64,000 nucleotides of DNA, taken from Octopus vulgaris (lineage: Eukaryota). How positions within the stretch are numbered: the first letter of the stretch is position 1; every line of letters begins with the position of its first letter. Shown piece after piece: positions 1 to 12,412 of the stretch. The translations under genes were made by a program, and so were the position numbers. The notes beneath the pieces are model-generated. The model had not been told where the DNA came from. It saw nothing but the letters and a program-made list of their open reading frames with translations, and did not search any database. The stretch spans positions 138,942,001 to 139,006,000 of the forward strand of contig OX597818.1 of the NCBI GenBank assembly GCA_951406725.2, in the 5' to 3' direction.

Positions 1-188
1 CACACACATACATATACATATATACGACAGGCTTCTTTCAGTTTCCGTCTACCAAATCCACTCACAAGGCATTGGTCGGCCCGGAGCTATAGCAGAAGAC
101 ACTTGCCCAAGATGCCACGCAGTGGGACTGAACCCGGAACCATGTGGTTGGTTAGCAAGCTACTTACCACACAGCCACTCCTGCGCCT
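1..188 (-). mobile_element. SINE family A (tRNA head, CORE-like CTTGGGCAAGT, internal TA/TG tract), 5' half
   Basis: Reverse complement of the family A head GGCGCAGGAGTGGCTGTGTGGTAAG...GGTTCAGTCCC; cut by the window edge. Confidence 0.88.
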
Positions 189-360
189 GTTTAGTTTCTT
201 TGTTTTCCCTTTCTTTTAAGAATGGATTCAGTTTTTTACAGATATGGCATTTAAACTGGCCATATCTGGCCCAAATGTTCTAAACGTTTCATGTTCAAGC
301 TGGCCAGATCTAGTCTCTCACACCTACGCTACAATATCATTTCAAAATTTAATCTTTTAA

Positions 361-647
361 CCCTTTAGTGATTGATTGATTGATTCTAGTTTCAGCTTAT
401 GAGCTGTGGCCATGCTGGGGCACCGCCATTTAGTGTTCACATTATTCTGCCAAAATTAATGCTTTTTAATCCATATTGTTTTAAACTAATCATGCATTAA
501 TCTTGTAGCTATGAGATTTTGATGAGGTAGCTGTTAATTTTTAAAATGATATTGTTGGGTTGGTGTGAGAGACCAGATCTGGCCAGTTTGAACATAAAAC
601 AGGCAGAATACTTCTGGCCGGATATGGCCGGTTTAAATGCTAAAGAG
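361..647 (+). mobile_element. piggyBac-like MITE family E with a 58-bp retroposon-tail insertion
   Basis: TTAA|CCCTTTAG...CTAAAGAG|TTAA, same body as 29778-29997; insert 371-428 flanked by a tttagtg duplication. Confidence 0.8.
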
Positions 648-764
648 TTAATGTTTCAACCAGCCATATCCGGTTAAAATATTCTCTTGTTTTATGTTCA
701 AACTGGCCAGATCTGGCCTTTAACACCTACCCTGAAATGTCATTCTAAAAAAAATAAGCAATCA

Positions 765-924
765 GGCTCAGCTGTGGCTGTGTGGTAAGTAGCTTGCTTA
801 CCAACCACATTGTTCCGGGTTCAGTCCCACTTCGTGGCCCCTTGGGCAAGTGTCTTCTACTATAGCCTTGGGTTGACCAAAGCCTTGTGAGTGGATTTGG
901 TAGATGGAAACTGAAAGGAACCTG

Positions 925-959
<35 letters not shown>

Positions 960-1200
960 CATATACATACATATACATACATACATACATGTGTGTGTGT
1001 GTGTGTGTGTGTGTTTGTGTCCCAACATCACTTGACAACCAATGCTGTTGCATTTATGTCCCTGTAACTTAGCAATTTAGCAAAAGAGACTGATAGAATA
1101 AGTACTAAGCTTACAAAGAATGAGTCCTGGGATCAATTTGTTTGACTAAAAGCGGTGCTCCAGCATGGCCACAGTCAAATGACTGAAACAAGTAAAAGAG
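765..1200 (+). mobile_element. SINE family A
   Basis: Full body ending in CAGCATGGCCACAGTCAAATGACTGAAAC-AAGTAAAAGAG. Confidence 0.88.
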
Positions 1201-1466
1201 TAATTACATCATTGAAATTTCAAACCTACAAGATAATACATGATTAATTCAAAGCAATGTGGATAAATAAGCATGATGCCAGTGTCACGTGACTGGCACC
1301 TATAGTCATGGCGCATAAAAGTCCCCGTGCTGTGCCAGTGAAGCGTAAAAAGCACCCATTACACACTTGGAGTGGTTGGCATTAGGAAGAGCATCTAGCT
1401 GTGGAAACCATTCCAAATCAGGCTGGAACTTGGTGCAGCTCTCCGGCTTATCAGTTCTGGTCATAT

Positions 1467-1870
1467 AGGCGCAGGAGTGGCTGTGTGGTAAGTAGCTTGC
1501 TAACCAACCACATGGTTCTGGGTTCAGTCCCACTGCGTGGCATCTTGAGCAAGTGTCTTCTGCTATAGCCCCGGGCCGACCAATGCCTTGTGAGTGGACT
1601 TGGTAGACGGAAACTGAAAGAAGCCTGTCGTATATATGTATATATATGTGTGTGTGTGTGTTTGTGTGTCTGTGTTTGTCCCCCTAGCATTGCTTGACAA
1701 CCGATGCTGGTGTGTTTACGTCCCCGTAACTTAGTGGTTCGGCAAAAGAGACCGATAGAATAAGTACTGGGCTTACAAGGAATAAGTCCCGGGGTCGATT
1801 TGCTCGACTAAAGGCGGTGCTCCAGCATGGCCGCAGTCAGATGACTGAAACAAGTAAAAAGAGTAAAGAG
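1467..1870 (+). mobile_element. SINE family A, full length, nested in a family C element
   Basis: Near-identical to 6147-6556 and 26410-26826; family C sequence lies on both sides (1276-1463, 1872-1941). Confidence 0.9.
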
Positions 1871-1911
1871 TAATGTCTAATCTATTCCAGCATGGAAAGC
1901 AGACACTAAAA

Positions 1912-1942
<31 letters not shown>

Positions 1943-2405
1943 CTGACATTTGACAGAGTAATCTAAATGCTAAAGGGTTAACAAATCAACTCATCAAAAT
2001 CTTGAAGCTATGAGATAATGCTTAATTAATTCAAAACAATGATGAATAAATGAGCATTGTATTATGATGGAACAATCTGAATGCTGAAGGATTAAAAGAC
2101 ATGCACACAAAAAAATGTTTATGCATGTGTGGGCAGTGTATTATTTGAGCAAGGCAATTTGTATTGTATTACTCCAGTCTACTCAGCTGAAAGTGAGTAT
2201 AACTCCAAAGCTTTCTCTCTCATGCTTACTGTTCTACTGTGTCAGAATGTTGGCAGCTCTTAGAAGTAGAGGGTGTCAATTCCAAAAAGCATGGAATGCT
2301 TCCAGAGTTAATAAGACAACTACTAGTTCCCACTGTGTGGTACCTGGACAATAGTTTCAGGTCAACCAAAATGTTGTGAGTAGATTTGGTAGATGAAAAC
2401 TGAAA

Positions 2406-2597
2406 GTTAGTTAGTTAGTTAATTTTTGGGCTCAAAAAGCAAAAAGCAAGGCCATGTAGGGGGGGCATGGAGTTATGTACAGGGGGGTGTTCATGTAAAG
2501 AGTTCAGGCCACTTGTGGTCAAGGGAGACTTTGAACCGAGCGGTCGTTGGCATCTTCACTATCTCGTCCGGCAGCTTATTCCATGGATCCGAAACCC
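2406..2597 (-). mobile_element. CR1/L2-type LINE 3' end inserted in a diverged SINE A
   Basis: Minus strand encodes PWNKLPDEIVKMPTTARFKVSLDHKWPEL; homologous to 14813-15206; (TAAC)n tail. Confidence 0.8.
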
Positions 2598-3405
2598 ATT
2601 GTGTGTATGCTTGTCCTCCCTTTACTGCTTGACGACAAGTGTTGGTGTGTTTTATGTCTCCATAACTTAGCAGTTCACAAAAGAGAATGATAGAATAAGT
2701 ACTGGTGTCAATTTGACTGACTAAAATTCTTCAGGGTGGTGTCCCAGCATGGATGCAGTCTAATAACCGAAACAAGTAAAAAGAGAAACATCTATATAAG
2801 TAAATGTAAAACACATCCACCCATCCATCTAGATAAGTAGCTATGCTTACACATGCACACACACACGCACAAGACAAGATGGTCATGGCTGGAATATGTT
2901 TGGGCATAGTTCTGCTCTGTCAGGGCTGACTTAAGGCTCAATGAAAACCAATAGCAACCATAGATGGCTTTGAATAACCACATAAATAAGTAAGCTTTGT
3001 AAATTTAGACATGTTGTGGGGAATTTTGCTTTTTTTTTTTTTTGATTGGTATCACTCTCCATTTACTTGTATTGTGTTCTTTGTGATTTGGAAGAATGGA
3101 TGATTAAAATTTTCAAATTCTTAGGCAAGCTTTTTCACTCAACTCGTGTCTTATAGTTTACTATATTGTTAGGCTGGCTATGATAAATTTGATAATCACC
3201 CTACATATATCAGTGATACAAAGTAGACCAGTTATTTATTTCAGACACCCTAGTGTACCTCCTTTCGGATTAATTATTTTGTATAGGGCATCCAGCTGTA
3301 GAAACTCTGCCAGATCAAGATTGGAGCCTGGTGCAGCCATCTGGTTTGCCAGCCCTCAGTCAAAATCGTCGAACCCATGCTAGCATGGACAGCGGACGTT
3401 AAACA

Positions 3406-3437
<32 letters not shown>

Positions 3438-3814
3438 TGACTATAGTTTTTATATAACTTGTGCTTATTTTGTAATCTAATTAAGAAATTCTGTAATCAT
3501 AGAAGTCATATTTCTGGTTGTTTCTCACTAAACTGTACAGTACAAAAGTATCTCCATGATTGCTCAACCTATCAGAAATAGCAGTCAAATTCACTGAATT
3601 CACACTCGGGAAAGAAAGAACGCATTGAATAATGTTTCTAATATACAAAAGTTGTGTGTTTATGGCTGGAATGCTTTTGATCGACAGCCAAGGGCTAAGT
3701 AAACAATATATTTGTTGTATTCAATATTATACTTTCCATCATCTTCATACATTTGTTCTTTTCCATGCTGGCATGGGTTGGACAGGTTGAAAGACTATAT
3801 TTCATCATCGTCTT

Positions 3815-3939
3815 TGTGTTATGTTGGACCCATACAGCAACCAAGAAAACTCCGCTGTGTATGTTTATTTCCTTACAACACACATTGCATAGATTCTTGG
3901 TTAGCTCACCGCCCTCACCACAGGGTGTTTAAAAGGCAA
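3815..3939 (+). pseudogene. Possible decayed RING-H2 finger fragment
   Basis: With one frameshift in the A-run at 3846-3849 it reads CVMLDPYSNQEKLRCVCLFPYNTHCIDSWLAHRPHHRVFKRQ, resembling RNF13-type RING-H2 spacing with several zinc ligands lost. Confidence 0.35.
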
Positions 3940-4368
3940 GGAGAAAGGGTGGAATATGAGATGGTATATGTGAATGTTCATGTCATCAGGTCTTTGATTT
4001 ATAGAACAGAAGACAAATATGAGATTGTAGAACATTCATGTCAAGAAAAGGCTACAACTGGGGGAACCAAAACCCAGACTTACAGAGAACTTATCTCACT
4101 TTCATATCACATACGGGAGAAACTTTTTGTTTGGGTTCAAATCATTTTGCCAATAGAATATTTAAAAAAAGAGAAGAAAGTTTTAAAAATGCCAAAACCA
4201 CAAAATGTATAAAAAGGAAAATAAACCCTGTGCATATGATTATCTTCCTGTCAATCTGCGAAGATATCACAGAATCTGGTCAAAAGTTGAACATCTGTTA
4301 CTACTGCTGGTGGCTCTACTTCAATCAATCATTATTGTGGCTGCTAGGACTTGTGGTGATAGTAGTAG

Positions 4369-4689
4369 CTACCACTACCACCACCACCACCACTGCCACC
4401 ACCACCACCACCACCACCACCACCACTGCCACCACCACCACCACTGCCACCACCACTGCCGCCACCACCACCACCACCACTGCCACCACCACCACCACCA
4501 CTGCCACCACCACCACCACCACCACCACCACCACCACCACCACCCACCACCACTACCACCACCACCACTACCACCACCACCACCACCACTGCCACCACCA
4601 CCACCACCACCACCACCACTGCCACCACCACTGCCACCAACACCACCACCACCACCACTGCCACTCCCACTGTCACTACGGGCACTACC
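4369..4689. repeat. (ACC)n trinucleotide tract with ACTGCC interruptions
   Basis: About 320 bp read directly; source of the poly-T/H/P/V/G ORFs. Confidence 0.97.
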
Positions 4690-5026
4690 TCATAACTTGT
4701 TGTGAACCCTTTGTTACAAGCTTATATATATATAGCTTTGACAATGTCTGAAGATCTTTTTTTCAGATAAGAGAAGCAAGGAAGTGAAGATAGGCAGATG
4801 AGGCGGAGGAGGAGGCAGAGGTTGGGAAGAGGAGGAAGAGGTTGGGAAGAGGTGGGAGAGAGGATCTTTGTTTATGCTTTCTAATTTTATCATTTATTTA
4901 TTTATACTTTGATAAAAACTCCCCACTTACTGGTTACTTGGTTCCTTCTTTTGTATTCTATCAAGAGTCAACTGTCTGTTTATGAACCATTCACAGCTTC
5001 TTTTTTCTCTACATTTGTTCAAACAT

Positions 5027-5420
5027 CTTTACTCTCTCTCTTTTACATGTTTCAGTCATTTGACTGCGGCCATGCTGGAGCACCGCCTTTAATTGAGCAA
5101 CTCGACCCCGGGACTTATTCTTTTGTAAGCCCAGTACTTATTCTATCGGTCTCTTTTGCCAAACCGCTAAGTAACGGGGACATAAACACACCAGCATCGG
5201 TTGTCAAGCAATGCTAGAGGGACAAACACATACACACACACACATATATATATATACATATATACGACAGGCTTCTTTCAGTTTCCGTCTACCAAATCCA
5301 CTCACAAGGCTTTGGTCGGCCCGAGGCTATAGTAGAAGACACTTGCCCAAGGTGCCATGCAGTGGGACTGAACCTGGAACCATGTGGTTGGTAAACAAGC
5401 TACTTACCACACAGCCACTC
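5027..5420 (-). mobile_element. SINE family A
   Basis: Reverse complement of the family A body. Confidence 0.9.
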
Positions 5421-5607
5421 CTTTGGAGAGGTTTTATAACTTTTGCACAAATTACTGGAGCAAGATGTGTGTCTCTTCTCTTCATGTAAACACTGTACGG
5501 AAGGTCACACTTGGTTGAGGAGGATCTTGCTCTGAACCTCACCTCTGGATGATAAGGATAAATGGCTATGGTTGGAAAGCTAACCAATTTCCAGCATACT
5601 TAGTTTG

Positions 5608-5984
5608 TGGAAGCACTCCGTCGGTTACGACGGCGAGGGTTCTGGTTGATGCGATCAACGGAACAGCCTGCTCGTGAAATTAACGTGTAAGTGGCTGAGC
5701 ACTCCACAGACACGTGCACCCTTAATGTAGTTGTCAGGGATATTCAGCGTGACACAGAGAGTGACAAGGCCGGCCCCTTGAAATACAGGTACAACAGAAA
5801 CAGGAAGTAAGAGTGAGAGAAAGTTGTGGTGAAAGAGTACAGCAGGGATCACCACCATCCCCTGCCGGAGCCTCGTGGAGCTTTAGGTGTTTTTCGCTCA
5901 ATAAACACTCACAACGCCCGGTCTGGGAATGGAAACCGCGATCCTACGACCGTGAGTCTGCTGCCCTAACCACTGGGCCATTGC
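5608..5984 (-). mobile_element. SINE family B (tRNA-derived head)
   Basis: Reverse complement of 40546-40930; box A TGGCCCAGTGG and box B GTTTC-ATTCC. Confidence 0.9.
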
Positions 5985-6146
5985 TGTGATAGAATAAGGG
6001 GAAAATCTGGATTCAAAAACAGCTGGTGAGGGGTGTCTACGTCATAGCAACAACAGAGAATCAGAATAAGATTAACTCTATGTCCTTATAACTAAGTCAG
6101 TGATAATGTAGTCAGATCATTGCATATTTAATTAGAAATAGTAATA

Positions 6147-6556
6147 GGCGCAGGAGTGGCTGTGTGGTAAGTAGCTTGTTTACCAACCACATGGTTCCGG
6201 GTTCAGTCCCACTGCGTGGCATCTTGGGCAAGTGTCTTCTGCTATAGCCCCGGGCCGACCAATGCCTTGTGAGTGGATTTGGTAGACAGAAACTGAAAGA
6301 AGCCTGTCGTATATATGTATATATATGTATGTATGTGTGTGTGTGTTTGCGTGTCTGTGTTTGTCCCCCTAGCATTGCTTGACAACCGATGCTGGTGTGT
6401 TTACGTCCCCGTCACCTAGCGGTTCGGCAAAAGAGACCGATAGAATAAGTACTGGGCTTACAAAGAATAAGTCCCAGTGTCGATTTGCTCGACTGAAGGC
6501 GGTGCTCCAGCATGGCCGCAGTCAAATGACTGAAACAAGTAAAAGAGTAAAGAGTA
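6147..6556 (+). mobile_element. SINE family A, full length
   Basis: Matches the other family A copies end to end. Confidence 0.92.
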
Positions 6557-6828
6557 TAGGTTAAGGAAGTCATCAGTTGTCATAAATATTTGCAAAGACA
6601 AACATTAAATTAATGAATATTGTTTTTAATCATTTTACTGAGTAGAAGAGGAAACTCTAGATATATTTCAGTCCTGTTAGATCTCCTCAGTGGAACACTG
6701 TACATGCTATAATGGTTTGGGGAGTGTGAGAGAGCGAGTCATATCGTTCACTAGATGGACAGAAATATGAATGATGTACTGTAGGTTTTGTGTTAACCCA
6801 GTACAGTGGAGAATTACCAGCATTATTT

Positions 6829-7147
6829 CATCATCATCATCATCATTTAACGTCCGTTTTCCATGCTGGCATGGGTTGGATGGTTCAACTGGGGTCTGGG
6901 AAGCCAGGAGGCTGCACCAGGCCCTAATCTGATCTGACAGTGCTTTTACAGCTGGATGCCTTTCCTAACGCCAACCACTCCAAGAGTGAAGTGGGTGCTT
7001 TTTACATGCCACCGTCACAAGGGGCCAGAGGAGCTGGCATCGACCATGATTGGGTGGTGCTTTTTACATGCCACTGGCACAGAAGCCAGTCAAGGCAGCA
7101 CTGGCATTGTGCCACCAGTATGGAAGCCAGTCAAGTGGCACTGCCAT
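6829..7147 (-). mobile_element. Family C (GAT)n-tailed retroposon
   Basis: Reverse complement of GGCGTTAGGAAGGGCATCCAGCTGTA...GGACGTTAAA(TGA)n. Confidence 0.82.
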
Positions 7148-7397
7148 AATACTCCGTTCAAAAAGAATGATGAACATCATCTGTCAATTACTGTCCACTC
7201 AGTTGAGTCTGGCTCACTAGCTGTATTAGCCAAGTCAGAGACACACTATGGAACTAAAGGAAGTCTCATGATATTATTTAACCCTCACAGTTTATATCTA
7301 TCCCTAACTTCTGCTGCTGTAGCCAACTCATCAAATTTATTGAAGGCATAACTCAAATCACAGATAGTGACACTTATGAGTGGATGCTATCTATCTC

Positions 7398-7449
<52 letters not shown>

Positions 7450-7651
7450 TTGTGTGTCTGTGTTTGTCCCCCTAGCATTGCTTGACAACCGATGCTGGTG
7501 TATTTATGTCCCCGTTTCTTTGTGGTTCGGCAAAAGAGACCGAAAGAATAAGTACTGGGCTTACAAAAGAATAAGTCCCAAGTTCGAGTTGCTCGATTAA
7601 AGGCGGTGCTCCAGCATGGCCGCAGTCAAATGGCAGAAACAAGTAAAAGAG

Positions 7652-7691
<40 letters not shown>

Positions 7692-7970
7692 CACCTTTAT
7701 TCTTTTATATATATACACCTTTATTCTTTGCCCCCATAAATGGTTCATGGCAAGTTGCTCTGCAATGGGCATGAGAGCTAATCTTTATAACTGGTGGAAG
7801 TACTTCATTCTTGGTCAAAAAAAGGAAGTCATGGTACTAGGACAACATTCTGTACTCTATATAAATAAAGTCAGTCCTGTTTTTGGTCCACTATTATTGC
7901 TTGTTGCATATATTAATGAAATAGATACCGACTTGAAACAGGGTTCTATGTTGAAAAATGTAAATAACAT

Positions 7971-8238
7971 TGGTGGTGGTGACCCCCTTCGGTCAGACAC
8001 TGACCATGGGTTTGCACCTAGAGAGTTACTCTCTGAGGCACAAGTCTGGGCAAGGTTGTTTCATGGAAGACCAGCAGTCGCCCATGCATACCGGCCTCCC
8101 CTCTCCACGTCACCGATGTTGTCCAAGGGAAAGGCAAAGGGACCGATACAGCTTGGCACCTGTGACATCGCAACTCATTTCTACAGCTGAGTGAACTGGA
8201 GCAACGTGAAATAAAGTGTCTTGCTCAAGAACACAACA
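7971..8238 (-). mobile_element. SINE family F (5'-truncated; body resembles RTE 5' UTR/Ceph-type domain)
   Basis: GC-rich island inside the LINE. Core CCCTTGGACAACATCGGTG-GGAGAGGGGAG recurs at 63122-63202. Family label is inference. Confidence 0.65.
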
Positions 8239-8585
8239 AAATAACATTAACACTCAGATAAAAACAACCGATCTTATATGTATTAGATTGTGCATGCAAT
8301 TTGACCTAAACTCAATGCAGCAATGGATTGCTGAATGACAATGCAAGCTGGCTTTAGACAAGTGCACCACTATACAATCTGGAAAGGAAAACCTGGAATT
8401 TACCTACTCCCTCAACAATACCAATCTTAAGAAGTCTCTTGGTAAACACAACCTCGGCACCATTGTTAATGATCTGTGTTGGATGATACATATCTGAAAT
8501 TGTCGAAAGGATCGAAGTTCTGTTAGCATCACTCAGTAAGACCCTTTGTTAGCCAGTCAATGGCTGTCTGTTTAAAGTTATTTAA

Positions 8586-8801
8586 CCCTTTAGTGTTCAG
8601 ATTATTCTATCAAACATAATGTTTATTAATTCCCATTGATTTGAATTAATCATGCATTATTTCATATCTTCAAGATCTTGATAGTGTAATTACTTAATGT
8701 AGAATAACATTGTAGGGTAGGTGTGAGAGCCTGGATCTGGTCAGTTTGAACATAAAACAGATTAACTATTTTGGCCGGATATGGCCGGTTTAAATACTAA
8801 A
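8586..8801 (+). mobile_element. piggyBac-like MITE family E
   Basis: TTAA-CCCTTTAG start and same body as 29778-29997; inside the LINE. Confidence 0.8.
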
Positions 8802-9305
8802 GTTATTTAATGAAAGCTATGTATGGTATGTCCACACTTAAAGTTGACATTTCCAGTCTGGAACCCCTGTCTCGTCCAGTATATCAATCTACTGGAAGCT
8901 GTCCAGAGACATGAAACCAGATGAATATCCTCTGTCATTTACTTACCATCTTCTAAATATCTTGCTTCTTTGGCTTTCACACTCTAAAGTTTCAACATCA
9001 TGCAACTGACTTGGCAATAGTCCATGAGATTATCCTCTAGCTTTCCAACAACTTTGGCCACCTTTCTGAATTCAGCATCTTTACCATCAATGAACATGCT
9101 TATAAAATTGATAAAAGAAAAAAAAACCCAGCACCCATGACTTTTGAAAACATTTTTCATGCTCAGAATTGTTGAAGCATGAAATACACTACCTGTGTCA
9201 GTTGTTAGCTGTCAGGACACTGCATCCGTCAAAAAAGAAGGGAAACTCCATTCCATGTTCCTGGAATTTGTCAACACTACTGTGTACAGTACACTCCCCT
9301 CTTAA

Positions 9306-9527
9306 CCCTTTTGATACCAACCTGGCTGAAACTGCCTCTGGCTGTGTAGTACAAATGACTTGTTTTCAAAAGTTATGAATTAAAATCTTCCACCAAACCT
9401 AAGTCACAATTTATGTTCCTAACACTAGTTTAATGATAACTGAGTTATTTTACTAAATTCTTTGTTATATTCAAAATTAATTATAAGAAACACAGAGGAT
9501 CTTAACAGAAATATGGTAACAAAAGGG
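9306..9527 (+). mobile_element. piggyBac-like MITE family G
   Basis: TTAA|CCCTTTTGATACCA...TGGTAACAAAAGGG|TTAA; inverse homologue of 51216-51630. Confidence 0.85.
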
Positions 9528-9582
9528 TTAATGACCCTTTTTCTGTTTGTATGACTGTCATTTTGTTTTTTATCCTGTGTAC

Positions 9583-9929
9583 TGCCGTCTGCCAGCCTCG
9601 TCTGGCACCTGTGTCGGTGGCACATAAAAAACACCATCCGAGCGTGGCCGTCTGCCAGCCTCATCTGGCACCTGTGTCAGTGGCACATAAAAAACACCAT
9701 CCGAGCGTGGCCGTTCGCCAGCCTCGTCTGGCACCTGTGTCGGTGGCACATAAAATCACCCACTACACTCTCGGAGTGGTTGGCGTTAGGAAGGGCATCC
9801 AGCTGTAGAAACACTGCCAGATCTGACTGGCCTGGTGCAGCCTTCGGGCTCCCCAGACCCCAGTTGCACCGTCCAACCCATGCTAGCATGGAAAGCAGAC
9901 GTTAAACGATGATGATGATGATGATGATG
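9583..9929 (+). mobile_element. Family C retroposon with ~63-bp internal tandem subrepeats
   Basis: Three GCCAGCCTCGTCTGGCACCTGTGTCGGTGGCACATAAAA units, then the shared 3' body and (GAT)n tail. Confidence 0.88.
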
Positions 9930-10503
9930 TACTATGTATGCTCTTTTGACTGTCATTACTATTTTTCTTTACTTGATTTATTGCTACTTTCTGCTCCCAC
10001 TTTCCCCCTCTTCTGACTTGTTGCAGTGTGCCTCAGCACAGTGTATAGTAAGCTCATTTATGTTATTATCATGTAAGCTGTAGGTCAGTAAGTTTTGATG
10101 TCACACTCTAATTCTAAACAAACATCACTGTCATACAAGCTGTGTCAGATATTTGCAATCTTCCATGAAAACATGTCCAGCCATTCATTGTGCTGTTTGT
10201 ATTTAAAGAACTGACTATGGGAAAATGTTATTACTTTGCTTGGAAACAATTGAGGACTAGCAACAAGATCCCCCTCTTGAAAATCTACTACAGCAAAATT
10301 AATCTGACTCATGCAAGCATAGAAAAGTGACTTTATAAAGCTGCTGATATATATATATATACATATATACATATACATATATATACATATACATATATAC
10401 ATATATATACATATACATATATACATATACATATATACATATACATATATATACATATATACATATACATATATACATATACATATATATACATATATAC
10501 ATG

Positions 10504-10770
10504 TCTGGCACCTGTGTCGGTGGCACATAAAAAACACCATCCGAGCATGGCCGTTTGCCAGCCTCGTCTGGCACCTGTGTCGGTGGCACATAAAATCACC
10601 CACTACACTCTCGGAGTGGTTGGCGTTAGGAAGGGCATCCAGCTGTAGAAACACTGCCAGATCTGACTGGACTGGTGCAGCTTTCGGGCTCCCCAGACCC
10701 CAGTTGAACCGTCCAACCCATGCTAGCATGGAAAGCGGACGTTAAATGATGATGATGATGATGATGATGA
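10504..10770 (+). mobile_element. Family C retroposon
   Basis: Near-identical to the 3' part of 9583-9929; follows an (ATATAC)n tract at 10347-10503. Confidence 0.88.
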
Positions 10771-10849
10771 CATATATAGGAAATGAAGATAAACACAAGT
10801 TGCAGTTTATGTCATGTATTTTCTATGCCTGTTTCGCCATTGTAGTTAT

Positions 10850-10890
<41 letters not shown>

Positions 10891-12067
10891 ATCCATGTAT
10901 GGTTGTTTATATTTTCTCTTGGTTAATAGTGAGAAAGAAAATGAAAAAGTGAGATAGTAAGGAAAGAAGGTGGGTGTGATACTGTCTCTATTATAGTATG
11001 CTCTTTTTTTTCTTTTATTCCCAGTAATAATAATCTTCAACCGTCTCTTTATTTTATATCTGTTTCAATATTTCCATCTGTCTCTTTGCAAAAACAAAAA
11101 AAAAAACAAAAAAAAACAAAAAAAGCACCACACTGAATATATACTACACCCTCCACTATAGCTTAGCTACTAGGATTCTGTCTCCAATTATTACAACTAT
11201 AACCACCACTGCCACCACCACCACCACTACCACCATCACTGCTAGTCACTTTAATACACAGTCCCCTCAGCATCACCGTAACTTTATCAATAACTCTTTC
11301 TCCTTCCCCCCCCCCCCATCGCATTCTACCTGTAAACCATCTACATCAGCCTGAACCCCCACCACACCACACCACACCTGAACTATGTTTTAGTTTTGGA
11401 ATTATGAAGAACATCCAATGATGAAGCCTATATAAATAAACACTCCAGTTCTGACTAATAAACATAAGACTGTCTTAATTGATGCAAGAATTAGCAGGGG
11501 CAAGTGGTGGAGGTGGTGGTGGTGGTGGTGGTGGTGGTGGGGGAGGGTAGGTCATGAGGTTTGAGAGTAAGCAAAATAGATGCTGAAAAATGGAAGGATA
11601 CAGGTGTGTGTGTGGGGAGGAGTGAAGATGGGAGGGGCAGATGTTGAAGAGGGGAAAAGATAGAGATGTTAATGGACTGGGTGGTGGTGCAATTATTATT
11701 TATATAAACCCTTATTATTTTTGTTTTGTTTAAAGCTATTTTTCTTTAGTGTGTGTGTTGCAGTTGTCACAGTAGTTTTACTGTAGTTGGTTGTCATGGT
11801 TGTGGTAGTAGTTGTGGGTTTTTGTCATTGTTGCTGGTACCCCCACTGCTACCACCACTGCCACCAGCAGCAGCAGTGACACCAACACTGTTGTTTTTGT
11901 TGTTGGAAACCTACAGAGCTTTCTGAGATTTTGCACTCAATGAATTTCAAAAAACAGAGGGAAAAAATAAAAATAAAAATGGAACAAAGATTACAGTAAA
12001 TTTAAACAGAAATAAAACAAATTAAATATTATCAGAGAAGCAAGCAGTATTAAACTAAAATTTAAAT

Positions 12068-12120
<53 letters not shown>

Positions 12121-12374
12121 TAATAAATCAATAAAACTACTGCTGACTGCTACTACTAAGCACTACCGCCATTATGACAGGTACCGTTACCATCACACAT
12201 ATATTCAATATTGTTAGCAGTGATTTTGCTTACATCCTCATACCATCCACCACATCCACTATTTCTAATTCAACTTCAACCAATATGAAGACCACTTACT
12301 ATTGTCACCGCCACCACCACCACCACCACTACCACCATTACCACTGTACATCACCATCAGTATTTTTACTGTCT

Positions 12375-12412
<38 letters not shown>

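Larger units (their letters stand above)
7720..9300 (+). mobile_element. Decayed CR1/L2-type LINE reverse transcriptase, interrupted by two younger insertions
   Basis: Successive RT-like peptides VFGPLLLLVAYINEID (~7880), W-QCKLALDKCTTIQSGKEN-Y-L (~8325) and MVCPHLKLTFPVWNPCL-INLLEAVQR (~8823), with stops and frameshifts. Confidence 0.78.

Noticed and set aside
4038-4751. Poly-Thr/His/Pro/Gly ORFs
   Set aside because: Translations of the (ACC)n tract, open in several frames on both strands, with no splice or homology support.
7606-8190. 194-aa ORF as a host gene
   Set aside because: Chimera of SINE A tail, (TA)n, LINE RT remnant and antisense SINE F.
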